Shown here: positions 11,000 through 20,368 of the stretch, one piece after another
Layout: every line of letters starts with the position of its first letter
How positions within the stretch are numbered: the first letter of the stretch is position 1
DNA from: Deltaproteobacteria bacterium
GTDB taxonomy: Bacteria > Desulfobacterota > GWC2-55-46 > UBA9637
NCBI GenBank assembly: GCA_016219285.1
Contig: JACRNJ010000051.1
Coordinates: forward strand, 5,620 to 69,619
DNA length: 64,000 nucleotides
Direction of reading: 5' to 3'
Notes under the pieces: generated by a model
What the model was told of the DNA's origin: nothing
What the model saw: only the letters and a program-made list of their open reading frames with translations
The model's database searches: none
Made by a program: the position numbers and the translations under genes

Positions 11000-11071
11000 G
11001 GCTCACCTACTCAAAATCCGATTTAGGATTTTTTGGGGACTACGTCTTTCTTGACCTCTGCTTCTTGCCCC

Positions 11072-12664
11072 CTAACCCTTTTTTATTGGTTTGACAACTT
11101 GCTTCTTCTCGTCTTTATAAAGTTTATACTCAAGGCTATCCACAAGCGCCTGCCAGCTTGCCTCAATCACATTTTGAGATACACCGACAGTCCCCCATTT
11201 TTCCTTGCCGTCTCCTGATTCCACCAGAACCCTGACTGATGCGGCAGTGCCTTTGCCTGCCGTCAATACCCTGACCTTAAAGTCAAGAAGCTCCACATCT
11301 TTTATATTGGGATAAAATTTCTCAAGCGCCTTTCTCAGCGCATTATCCAGGGCATTCACCGGGCCATTGCCCTCGCTGGCTGTATGTTCAACCTTTCCGT
11401 CAACCTCAAGTTTTATCGCAGCCTCAGCATGAGGATATTCCCCCTCTTTCCTTTTTTCATCAATCACCCTGAAACCGAGGAGTTTGAAATACCGCCTCCT
11501 TGCCTTCAATGCCTTCTGGATAAGGAGTTCAAACGATGCCTCTGCGCCTTCATACTGGAAGCCCTGGTGCTCCAACTCCTTGAGGGTTTTTAGTATGTTT
11601 TGGACAATCGGGTCTTTGCTTTTCAGGTCGATGCCGAACTCCTGCGCCTTATACAATATATTTGATTTGCCGGAAAGGTCGGAGACCAAAACCCTCTGGT
11701 GATTGCCGACCAAATCAGGTTTGATATGTTCATAGGTTTCCTGCCTTTTTAAAACCGCACTTACATGCACGCCGCCTTTGTGCGCAAAGGCGCTTTCCCC
11801 GACATAGGCCTGATGCTTATTATGCTGGAGGTTTGCCAATTCATACACAAAGCGGGAGGTCTCTCTGAGTTTTCTGAGATGTTCTGAGCTTATACAGTCA
11901 ATCCCCATCTTCAATTTGAGGTTCGGAATAATAGAGCAGAGATTGGCGTTGCCGCACCGTTCACCGAAACCGTTGATAGTGCCGTGAACCTGGACAGCTC
12001 CTTCTTTTACTGCAAGGATGGAGTTCGCCACAGCGGTCTCGGAATCGTTGTGCGCATGTATGCCAAGAGGTGTATTGATGTGATGCTTTACATCCCTGAA
12101 TATCTCAATCAACTCATCCGGCAGTGTGCCGCCGTTGGTATCGCATAAGACAAGACACTCTGCGCCAGCCTCTTCTGCGGCCTTGAGTGTCTTTAATGCG
12201 TATTCGGGATTTGATTTGTAGCCGTCAAAGAAATGCTCTGCATCGTAAAACACCTCGTCCACCCGTTCTCGCAGATAAAGAACTGAATCATAGATGAGGT
12301 CAAGATTTTCTTCGGGAGATATTTTCAGGGCCTCTTGCACATGCATATCCCATGCTTTGCCGAATATGGTTATAACCGCAGTGCCGGCCTTTAAAAGCGC
12401 TTTAATATTTGCGTCATCTTTGGCCTTTGCGCCGGCCCTCTTCGTGCTTCCGAATGCAACCAGTTGCGCAGATACCATTTTTACTGAGAGCATCTCCTTA
12501 AAAAACTTAACATCACGCGGATTTGACCCCGGCCAGCCCCCTTCAATATAGTGGATGCCAAGTTCATCCAGCTTTTGCGCAATCCGCACCTTATCCTCGA
12601 CAGAGAAATTTATATCCTCTGCCTGAGTGCCGTCCCGCAACGTTGTGTCGTAGAGCTTTAGCAT
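11072..12664 (-). CDS. cimA: Citramalate synthase
   Basis: [42 protein letters not shown]. Confidence 0.92.
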   Translation of the reverse strand: MLKLYDTTLRDGTQAEDINFSVEDKVRIAQKLDELGIHYIEGGWPGSNPRDVKFFKEMLSVKMVSAQLVAFGSTKRAGAKAKDDANIKALLKAGTAVITIFGKAWDMHVQEALKISPEENLDLIYDSVLYLRERVDEVFYDAEHFFDGYKSNPEYALKTLKAAEEAGAECLVLCDTNGGTLPDELIEIFRDVKHHINTPLGIHAHNDSETAVANSILAVKEGAVQVHGTINGFGERCGNANLCSIIPNLKLKMGIDCISSEHLRKLRETSRFVYELANLQHNKHQAYVGESAFAHKGGVHVSAVLKRQETYEHIKPDLVGNHQRVLVSDLSGKSNILYKAQEFGIDLKSKDPIVQNILKTLKELEHQGFQYEGAEASFELLIQKALKARRRYFKLLGFRVIDEKRKEGEYPHAEAAIKLEVDGKVEHTASEGNGPVNALDNALRKALEKFYPNIKDVELLDFKVRVLTAGKGTAASVRVLVESGDGKEKWGTVGVSQNVIEASWQALVDSLEYKLYKDEKKQVVKPIKKG

Positions 12665-12667
12665 CTG

Positions 12668-13606
12668 TTATAATTCCTCTTTTACCGCTGCTGCCAAAAG
12701 CGGCACCATAATCTCATGGTGGCCTGTTAATGTGTAGCCTTTGCCGCCTTTCTTTGTAGGCCTTCTGACAACATTGGTCAAAGGCCGGTAGTGCTGGATA
12801 AAGTCCATGTTCACGGTGGTAAATTTTTCAACTTTATGGCCGAGATTTCTGACCAAGGTCAATGCCTTTAAAAATATCTCCGGCAAAAGCACTGCTGACC
12901 CAATATTCAAATAAACCCCGCCTTCAAGGTTTGCCACCACACCGGCAAATAATTTAAAATCCCTGCTGCTCCCCTCCCCTGTTGCCTTTCCATCCATCTG
13001 CGGATGGATATGGATTATATCGGTGCCTATTGCGACATGCACGGTTACCGGAATGTCAAGCCTGGCACCTGCCGCCAATATGCTTAAATCCTTATACGGA
13101 TATTTTGAATTGTTTATCAGCTCGCCCACTGATTTTCCAATGCCCCAGCCTTTTTTCACGCCGCTCTTTATAGCATTGTTCAAGAGCTTCCCCGTCTCTT
13201 CTGACATGCCGAACTTTCCCGCGCCAATCTCGGCATCCACATCCTCCGATGTCATCCCTGCGAAGGCAATTTCAAAATCATGGACAATACATGCGCCGTT
13301 CATTGCAACAGCATTTATTACCCCTATCTCCATCAAATCAATAATAACAGGGTTCAAACCTACCTTTATCACATGGGCGCCAATACCAACAGCCACGGTC
13401 TTATTGTTTTTATGGCTTGCAACAATGGAGGATGCAATCTGTTTCAGATTTTCTGCTGCAAGGATATGAGGAAGCGAGTTCAGAAAATCTTTAAAGGTCT
13501 TGTTGTGTGTTATAGGTTTCGCGAAGGCATTAATACCAACCTTGCTTTTTCTTGTTTTTAAGGAATAGGTTTTTAAATTGGACGAAGAAATTGGTTTGAA
13601 TTTCAC
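12668..13606 (-). CDS. Deoxyhypusine-synthase-like protein
   Basis: GAHVIKVG, VHDFEIA, VHVAIGTDIIH, GSAVLLPE, GHHEIM. Confidence 0.7.
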   Translation of the reverse strand: MKFKPISSSNLKTYSLKTRKSKVGINAFAKPITHNKTFKDFLNSLPHILAAENLKQIASSIVASHKNNKTVAVGIGAHVIKVGLNPVIIDLMEIGVINAVAMNGACIVHDFEIAFAGMTSEDVDAEIGAGKFGMSEETGKLLNNAIKSGVKKGWGIGKSVGELINNSKYPYKDLSILAAGARLDIPVTVHVAIGTDIIHIHPQMDGKATGEGSSRDFKLFAGVVANLEGGVYLNIGSAVLLPEIFLKALTLVRNLGHKVEKFTTVNMDFIQHYRPLTNVVRRPTKKGGKGYTLTGHHEIMVPLLAAAVKEEL

Positions 13607-13658
13607 TTTTAACCCTCAGCAAAAACTAAATTTGAAGTGGCACAATAAAAATTTCAGG

Positions 13659-13785
13659 TGAAACCCTCACGAGCCTTGGCTCACAAAGGAGGATTAAAAT
13701 TATTGCAGGCACGGTTTTAACCGTGCCATATTGCACGAATAAATTCGCGCCTACAGGGTTTGCGGAAGGGCATTTTCGGGACAAA
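13659..13785. repeat. Composite repeat containing a REP pair
   Basis: ggcacggttttaaccgtgcc and gcacgaataaattcgcgcctac hairpins inside accctcacgagcc...attttcgg. Confidence 0.55.
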
Positions 13786-13841
13786 AGCAGAGCAAGCCGC
13801 AGATGCAGCTTTACAGATGAGCTTTTTACTATGTTATACTT

Positions 13842-14426
13842 TTAATCCTTGGACATCCCTTGAAAAAGAATATGGTCTACCAATTCGCAGATTATATGTC
13901 CTGCAGTAATATGAACCTCTTGAATCCTTGCGGTAACATCAGAGTCAGCATTCAGGAGTATATCCACTATCTTGGCCATCCTGCCTCCTCCTTTGCCCGT
14001 CAGGCCTATGGTTTTAATACCCATGTCTCTTGCTACCTTTACGGCCAGAATAACATTGTTGGAATCGCCGCTTGTGGATATGGCCAGCAAAACGTCGCCC
14101 TCTTTGCCAATCGCCTTTACCTGTTTTGAAAATATCTGTTCAAAGGCATAATCATTTCCAATACTGGTTATAATGGATGTGTCAGTGGAAAGGGCAACTG
14201 CAGGAAGCGGCGGCCTTTCAATCATAAACCTGTTTACAAATTCTGCTGAAAGATGCTGGGCATCCGCAGCGCTGCCTCCATTGCCGCAGATAAGCAGTTT
14301 ATTGCCGGCCTTGAATGTGTCAGCAATTAGCTCTGCGCACTGGATAACCAACTGCGTGTTTTGTTTGAAGAATGCCTCTTTGAGGTAAATACTCTCTTTA
14401 TAACTTTTTGTAATGACTGCCTTCAT
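13842..14426 (-). CDS. gmhA: Phosphoheptose isomerase
   Basis: CGNGGSAADAQH, GNDYAF, ISTSGDS, TARIQEVH. Confidence 0.96.
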   Translation of the reverse strand: MKAVITKSYKESIYLKEAFFKQNTQLVIQCAELIADTFKAGNKLLICGNGGSAADAQHLSAEFVNRFMIERPPLPAVALSTDTSIITSIGNDYAFEQIFSKQVKAIGKEGDVLLAISTSGDSNNVILAVKVARDMGIKTIGLTGKGGGRMAKIVDILLNADSDVTARIQEVHITAGHIICELVDHILFQGMSKD

Positions 14427-14535
14427 ATCAACTCACCAGAAATTTACTTTAGCAAAACATATAATTTGTCAAGGGTCAAGGAAATATTTGCATAAAAAAA
14501 TCAATGTCTATTTTCGGGGCAGGTTTTTCTCTTGA

Positions 14536-14655
14536 AAAGCAGTGGTGAGGTTTTGGTGGAGAGCTATGAACGGTGCGCTGTCCATAGATAAATTGATGGA
14601 AAAAGAAGGCGAGTTGTTTGGCAATAGCGATGAAAAAGTTGGCAGGTCTAAGTTT
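14536..14655 (+). pseudogene. cmr1: Fragment of type III-B RAMP Cmr1
   Basis: KAVVRFWWRAMNGALSIDKLMEKEGELFGNSDEKVGRSKF matches the Cmr1 RFWWRA...E..IFG motif; in-frame stop just upstream. Confidence 0.7.
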
Positions 14656-14884
14656 GCTTTATTCCCAAATGAACAGGGCAATATCTCAAAGGCGCTGGCG
14701 GTCTTCGCTTCAAAGGTTGAAAAGATTGTGGAGAGACAGAATGACGGGGACGGAAGGACATAAGGCGTACTTTTATAAGGATTTCATAACGGGACAAGTC
14801 ATCAAGAAATCAAGAAATATGATTCTTTATTTCTTGACAATGATTTTCTTGTTATGGTAACCCTTATGTGGAGGTTCACTGACT

Positions 14885-15124
14885 ATGAAGATAAAAGTAG
14901 GCACTGTTATGGATGAGGACATGGTATTCAAGGTAAAGGAGGCCGCCCTTACCCAGAGGAAGACTTTGAGCCAGATACTGGAAGATGCCTTGAAGGTTTA
15001 TCTGCAAGGACTGGAAAAGAAGGAAAAGAAGAAAAACCTGGCGCAGGATACCAGCGGGATAATGAAGATATCCAAGAAGGACCTTAAGGCAGTAATGGAA
15101 GAGAAAGGACTCTATGAGGCTTAG
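14885..15124 (+). CDS. Antitoxin, ribbon-helix-helix/CopG-like
   Basis: 79 aa, KVGTVMDE...TLSQILEDAL; overlaps PIN gene; upstream TTGACA and GGAGG. Confidence 0.7.
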   Translation: MKIKVGTVMDEDMVFKVKEAALTQRKTLSQILEDALKVYLQGLEKKEKKKNLAQDTSGIMKISKKDLKAVMEEKGLYEA

Positions 15125-15617
15125 CAATATCAAGAGAGACGCTAATGTATTCATTGACGCAAATATCTTCATATATCACTTTACAGGCGCATCCAAAGAA
15201 TGCAGTGAGTTCCTGAAGAGATGCGAGCAAGGTGAGGTCTCCGGCATGACCTCTGTCATCGCCCTTCTTGAGGTGCTCCATAGATTGATGATGGTTGAAG
15301 CAGTCGGGAAAAAATTGGCGGCTCCGCCCAATATTGTTAAAAAACTTCAAAAACACCCGGAAAAAATTAAACAGTTAAAGGATTACTACTTGAATACCCG
15401 AAAGATTGCGGATATGGGGATAATCATCAAGCCGCTTACCTTTGAGACTGCGGAAAAGAGCAATTCATTCAGGACAGAATACGGCCTTATGGTAAATGAT
15501 TCAATCATTGCGGCAGGCATGGCGGAAGAGGGGATGGATTCTTTGGCGAGCAATGATGACGGATTCAGAAAAATCGGCAAATTTAAGGTCTATAGCCCTG
15601 GGGATGTGGAATTATAA
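15114..15617 (+). CDS. PIN-domain (VapC-like) toxin
   Basis: VFIDANIFIY, LLEVLHRL, NDSIIAA, LASNDDGF. Confidence 0.9.
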   Translation: MRLSNIKRDANVFIDANIFIYHFTGASKECSEFLKRCEQGEVSGMTSVIALLEVLHRLMMVEAVGKKLAAPPNIVKKLQKHPEKIKQLKDYYLNTRKIADMGIIIKPLTFETAEKSNSFRTEYGLMVNDSIIAAGMAEEGMDSLASNDDGFRKIGKFKVYSPGDVEL

Positions 15618-15767
15618 ATGCAGCAAAAGGGAAAGGTTGTTGTGGCAGTATCCGGAGAAAGGTCTATGAGCAAGTTCTTAAAAAGAAGGGCTGATAAATA
15701 TATACTGATAGACGATAACCAGACAGAAAAACACAAGCCGTATTTTTACCGGAATTTTTTGCGTTAA
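15618..15767 (+). pseudogene. C-terminal fragment of NYN (LabA/DUF88) domain ribonuclease
   Basis: MQQKGKVVVAVSGERSMSKFLKRRADKYILID resembles the NYN C-terminal G.kV.v....S..L...AD.fi.ld pattern; 49 codons. Confidence 0.6.
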
Positions 15768-15797
15768 GGTTAAAACAAAATAACGGAGGCGGAAGTT

Positions 15798-16967
15798 ATG
15801 CTGGAGATTAAAAGCGGTAATCCATCAGATGCAGATGCCCCTGCATCGTATAACCGTTTTGTCCTTCCATTTGCTTATAATCTTGAAAAAATCACTTCTA
15901 AAGAAAAACAGAATCAATATTATGTCGCTGAAAATGATCCAGATAAAATCTGGAGGGAAAGATATCTAACCGAAGAAACTGCCGATGTTCTATTCCAGCG
16001 GACAAAATGGTTTGCATTGCAAAGCGATAACAAAGATCTGAAGTTTGACATACCAAAGACGGATGGCACTGGTTTTCTTACCGTCTGCATGAATCCTCCG
16101 AGGCTAGTGTTGTTTGAATGGCCTAAAAACATTGAAAACAGAAAAAAGGAAGAGGAAAAAAATACAGACTTGTTGCATACAGGTTTTCTTATTATAGAAC
16201 TTTACTTTGATAAGAGCGATGGAAATTGCCCAACACTGGATGACATGCTCAAGCTAAATGAAATGGAGTTTGATAAACAGGTCAAAGGCAATCGTTTTTC
16301 AATGCTGGCTGATTTGCTTGATAAGATGAAAGGTAACAAAGATTGGATGAATGGTGGTGAGTATCGTATAGAAACATTACTCTGGGGCGGCGACGAATTG
16401 ATGTGGGTTGTTCCTGCATGGAAGGGCTGGGAGACGCTTCAGTTCTTTTATGAGCAGTCAGGAACATGGGAGTTTACTAATACCAAAGGAGGGAAAGCCC
16501 CTCTTAAACATGCTGGCGGTCTGGTATTCTGTCATCACAATGCGCCTATCTACAGGATAAAGGATTTGGCAAGGAGGCTATCGGAGGCGGCAAAGAAGGA
16601 CAAATCCGGAAATCTGTTTGCCTATCAGGTATTGGAATCTTTTGACCATATCAGTAATGATTTCGACAAAATCCGCAAAAGTCAGGCTATAGGCGGTGAT
16701 GCGAATACTTTGATATTGGACGGGAAAGACATAGAAAATATCAGCAACAATATTAAGGCTCTCAAAGACAACGAATTTCCTAAAAATAAACTGCATGAGA
16801 TAACAAAGAGACTGAGAAATGGCGGGGATGCAAAGGATTTAATTGAAAAAGCCATAAAAGGATTATTAGTTGCCACGCAAACAGCGCTTGATAAACTCAA
16901 GGGTGATTGTAACGGCGACAACCCCAAATGGGGACATATCGCCGACCTGTGGGATTATATAGTCTAA
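15798..16967 (+). CDS. cas10: Chimera: N-terminus of CRISPR-associated CorA-like effector fused to C-terminal half of Cas10
   Basis: aa 1-155 ASYNRFVLPFAY...TGFLIIELYF...LDDMLKLNE; remainder LLWGGDELMWVVPAWKG, HAGGLVFCHHNAPI, LESFD; upstream DGN palm motif and CorA TM segments absent. Confidence 0.75.
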   Translation: MLEIKSGNPSDADAPASYNRFVLPFAYNLEKITSKEKQNQYYVAENDPDKIWRERYLTEETADVLFQRTKWFALQSDNKDLKFDIPKTDGTGFLTVCMNPPRLVLFEWPKNIENRKKEEEKNTDLLHTGFLIIELYFDKSDGNCPTLDDMLKLNEMEFDKQVKGNRFSMLADLLDKMKGNKDWMNGGEYRIETLLWGGDELMWVVPAWKGWETLQFFYEQSGTWEFTNTKGGKAPLKHAGGLVFCHHNAPIYRIKDLARRLSEAAKKDKSGNLFAYQVLESFDHISNDFDKIRKSQAIGGDANTLILDGKDIENISNNIKALKDNEFPKNKLHEITKRLRNGGDAKDLIEKAIKGLLVATQTALDKLKGDCNGDNPKWGHIADLWDYIV

Positions 16968-16986
16968 AAAAGGACAGGAGAAAATT

Positions 16987-18879
16987 ATGTTTAACATAAC
17001 ATTGACTGTAACCCTGACACTTGAAGGGCCGATACTCACCAAATCCACATCCATGGGTGGATACGGGTTGGATGCTGTAATGGCAAAAAATCATAACGGA
17101 GAATATTATCTGCCGGGCACATTGGTAAAAGGCAGGCTACTGCAGGCATGGCAGGAACTGCATGATGTGGTTGGCTCTGATTATAAAACATTGCTTGATG
17201 TAGATAAGCAGCTTGATGATTTTGCTAATTTGTGGCTCGGTAAAAAAAGTGGAAGCAGGAAAGACAGAGGGGCTGTTGATTCTTATAGGACAAAGATTCA
17301 TTTTACTGATTTTATCTATGCACCAGAAGCCAAAGCAGGCAGTACTCTTCATCGTATCCATATAGATAAGGATAGAGGTTCTGTAATAAAGGGAGCATTA
17401 TTAGTTATGGAAGCCCCCTTTGCAGTAGGTGAAGAAGTTGCATTTAAAGGGTCTATCAGTTTTACAACAATAAACAATGCCGAAGCTGCTGCGGTTAAGA
17501 AATGCGTGGATATTGGCTTAAAATGGATACCCAACTTTGGTAGTGAAAAGACCGTAGGTTTTGGGCGCCTCGTTAGAGTGTCAATAGATGAAAAATCTTT
17601 TCAAATTGTAGATGCTCACAGCGATGCATTGGGGAAAGAATTTCTGTACATCATTATCAACCCAGAAGCCCCCTTTTGTTTTGCCAAACGGCAGGTGAGC
17701 GATAACCTGTTCGAGTCGGAAGATATAATATCCGGTGGAGCAATCAAAGGAGCATTGGCGAGTACATGGGCAGGATTACTCGGCAAAAGCGGACATATTG
17801 AAATCACGAATGGTTTTGATAATAACAGGAAAGAATTGTCAGAGCATTTTCATGAAATCCGTATTACGCACGCATTCCCTATGCCTGTTGAAAGGAATGA
17901 GCGGCCTGTTGTTGCCCCGCTTTCATTAGCTAAGGTAAAAAAGAACGAAGAAGAAAAGGAGATTAAAGCCAATTATGATGTTGCTTTTGAGAAGGAGGCA
18001 AGATTGATTAATGGCTTTCCCGATAATGCCCCTGCTTTTGCCGTTGACTGGAAGGATAGCACAGATATAGAAAAAATCTTTGGTTGGGATGATAAGCCAA
18101 AGCGCGAACTGCGTGTCCGAACAGCGATGGATAGAGAAAGGCGTAAATCTAAAGATAAAGAGTTATTCGCTTATGAAATGGTTATCCCAACAGGCTTTAA
18201 GTGGGTGAGCCGAATTGACTTGAGCCGAATTACAGATGCAACAATTCGGGCAAAGGTGGAAGCCCAGCTCCGTCAACTTTTATCTCTGGGATTGATTGGA
18301 ATGAGCAAGAACAAAATATCGGCAAAAGTTGAGCCTGCTGATACTCATATAGAAAATAAAATAAAATCTGTCTGTGAACCTATAAACAGAAACGGACAGA
18401 AATATTGGGTAATCACTCTCCAAACTCCGGCAATCCTGTGTAATCCAACTGAGCTTAATGAAATAAGCACCAGTGAGGATTTATTTAATAATTATAAAAA
18501 AGTCTGGGACAAATTATCCAGTAGCACATTGGAATTATCCCATTTCTTTGCTACACAGTCTTTGGCAGGCGGTTACTATCTGCATAAGCGGTTTCAGGAC
18601 GGAAAGCCATATCGTCCTTATCTGCTGACAAACGCAGGCTCTGTATTTGTCTTTACTGAAAAAAGGGATGCAAAGGGCGTAATAGAAAAATGGCTGAAAA
18701 ACGGGTTGGATTTCCCACAGTGGGCAAAAAAAGAGTATGGTAAAGACGGAAAAGAAGACGGTGAATGCTGGCAAAACTGTCCCTATATCCCTGAAAACGG
18801 CTATGGTGAGATTGCTGTAAATATCCATCAGTCTTATTCGAATAATGCGGAAGGGGAGGTGAAAATCAATGTCCTTTAA
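16987..18879 (+). CDS. csx10: Type III-D Cas7-Cas5 fusion RAMP (Csx10-like)
   Basis: YLPGTLVKGRL...FGSEKTVGFG, then ISGGAIKGALA, RTAMDRERR, NGYGEI. Confidence 0.75.
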   Translation: MFNITLTVTLTLEGPILTKSTSMGGYGLDAVMAKNHNGEYYLPGTLVKGRLLQAWQELHDVVGSDYKTLLDVDKQLDDFANLWLGKKSGSRKDRGAVDSYRTKIHFTDFIYAPEAKAGSTLHRIHIDKDRGSVIKGALLVMEAPFAVGEEVAFKGSISFTTINNAEAAAVKKCVDIGLKWIPNFGSEKTVGFGRLVRVSIDEKSFQIVDAHSDALGKEFLYIIINPEAPFCFAKRQVSDNLFESEDIISGGAIKGALASTWAGLLGKSGHIEITNGFDNNRKELSEHFHEIRITHAFPMPVERNERPVVAPLSLAKVKKNEEEKEIKANYDVAFEKEARLINGFPDNAPAFAVDWKDSTDIEKIFGWDDKPKRELRVRTAMDRERRKSKDKELFAYEMVIPTGFKWVSRIDLSRITDATIRAKVEAQLRQLLSLGLIGMSKNKISAKVEPADTHIENKIKSVCEPINRNGQKYWVITLQTPAILCNPTELNEISTSEDLFNNYKKVWDKLSSSTLELSHFFATQSLAGGYYLHKRFQDGKPYRPYLLTNAGSVFVFTEKRDAKGVIEKWLKNGLDFPQWAKKEYGKDGKEDGECWQNCPYIPENGYGEIAVNIHQSYSNNAEGEVKINVL

Positions 18880-20368
18880 AAATCGCTGGCGTATTGAGGG
18901 TATGCTCACTACTATAAGCCCGCTCCATATTGGCAGCGGGGATACTACAACCCGTGACAAAATATTAGACGAGAAGAAAAAAAAGAAAGCAGATATAGCA
19001 GCGGTTGCAACCGACCACGAAAACAAGCCGTATCTCCCCGGCTCAACACTGAAAGGCAATCTGCGTGCTTATCTTCGAAATAACGGACAGGATAAAAATG
19101 TTATAGATAAATTATTCGGTGCTGAAGACCCCAAGGCCAAAGATAGCTGCGGCGGGGCATTGGAGTTTTGGAATGTGAGGGTTGTTGATATGTCATCAAC
19201 ATTTGATGGGAAGAATGTCCCATACTGGTGTAAAGACCGCCTAACAGGAGTTACCGCATCTGCGGTCATAGACAGGCAGACCCGCACAGCAGCGAACCAG
19301 AAACTCTTTTACACTGAATATGTACCGAAGGGGATAGAGTTTAATGTCGTTATCACAGGGCAGGATTTGGATGATAAGGAAATTGCATTACTCATACATG
19401 CCCTGAATGGTTTCAAAGATGGCGGAGTTAATCTCGGCGCGGGGGAGGCGGATAACTGGGGTGGGTTTAGTTGGGAGTTAGAAACGGTCAAATGTATAGA
19501 GACGGATGATATTAAAAAGTGGCTTGCTAACCCTGATACTGTTGGGTATGAGATGATTAGTAATATAGGTAGAGATAAAAAAACAGATGTTGAATATATT
19601 GAAAAGCAACTAAAGCAATCCAAACCGGATATACTGTCACTTGCTTTTACTTTGACTTTTGATAGCTCATTTTTGGTAAACGATACAAGCAGGGACAGGG
19701 ATGCTAAAGATGGCACTGGTAAGAAAAAATTTGCTGACCACTACCCGCTTACAGATACAAGTGGGAAAGTGATACTCCCTTCAAAGTCTATCAGAGGGGC
19801 ATTCCGAAGTCAGGCGGAGCGGATACTGCGGACTATCGGTGGCGGGCAAGCTGCCTGTATAGACCACGAAAAAGCTGAAAGAAAAGCCTGCCCTTCAGTT
19901 TATGAAGTTGAAAAAGTTAAGGATAGTTGCCCCGCCTGTCAGGTTTTTGGATTATCCGGCTGGCGTTCTCCTGTGCAGTTCAGCGATTTTACCTATGTTA
20001 AGAATGGTGGAATAAAACGGCAACAGTTTGTTGCCATTGACAGATTTACCGGCGGCGGTGTTGACAGGGCGAAATTTGATGCAGATTATGCAGACCGTCC
20101 GGTATTGGAAGGTACTATTGCCATAGATATGACAAGATTGAGAAAAACGAAAGCGATAGGCTGGGGGCTTGGACTGGTTGCCTTGACTCTGCGAGACATG
20201 ATAGAGGGTGATGTTACTTTGGGTCTGGGCACATCTAAGGGTTACTGAACCTGTACAGTAAAAATTAAAGATAGTGATTTTAATATATTGAAAGAGAAAT
20301 TAAAGGAATGTCCTGATTGGTATAAAAACTTACTTAAATTTTTGTTTGAGGGTAAAAATCATGAGTAA
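18869..20368 (+). pseudogene. cas7: Tandem Cas7-Cas7 (Csm3-like) RAMP with internal TGA at 20246-20248
   Basis: SPLHIGSG, YLPGSTLKGNLR, LPSKSIRGAFR, CPACQVFG, VAIDRFTGG; GLGTSKGY* continues 39 codons to TAA 20368. Confidence 0.8.

Noticed and set aside
20246-20248. TGA in cas7 as selenocysteine because selA is nearby
   Set aside because: The position corresponds to a conserved Gly rather than Cys, and the downstream sequence is AT-rich with no evident SECIS hairpin.
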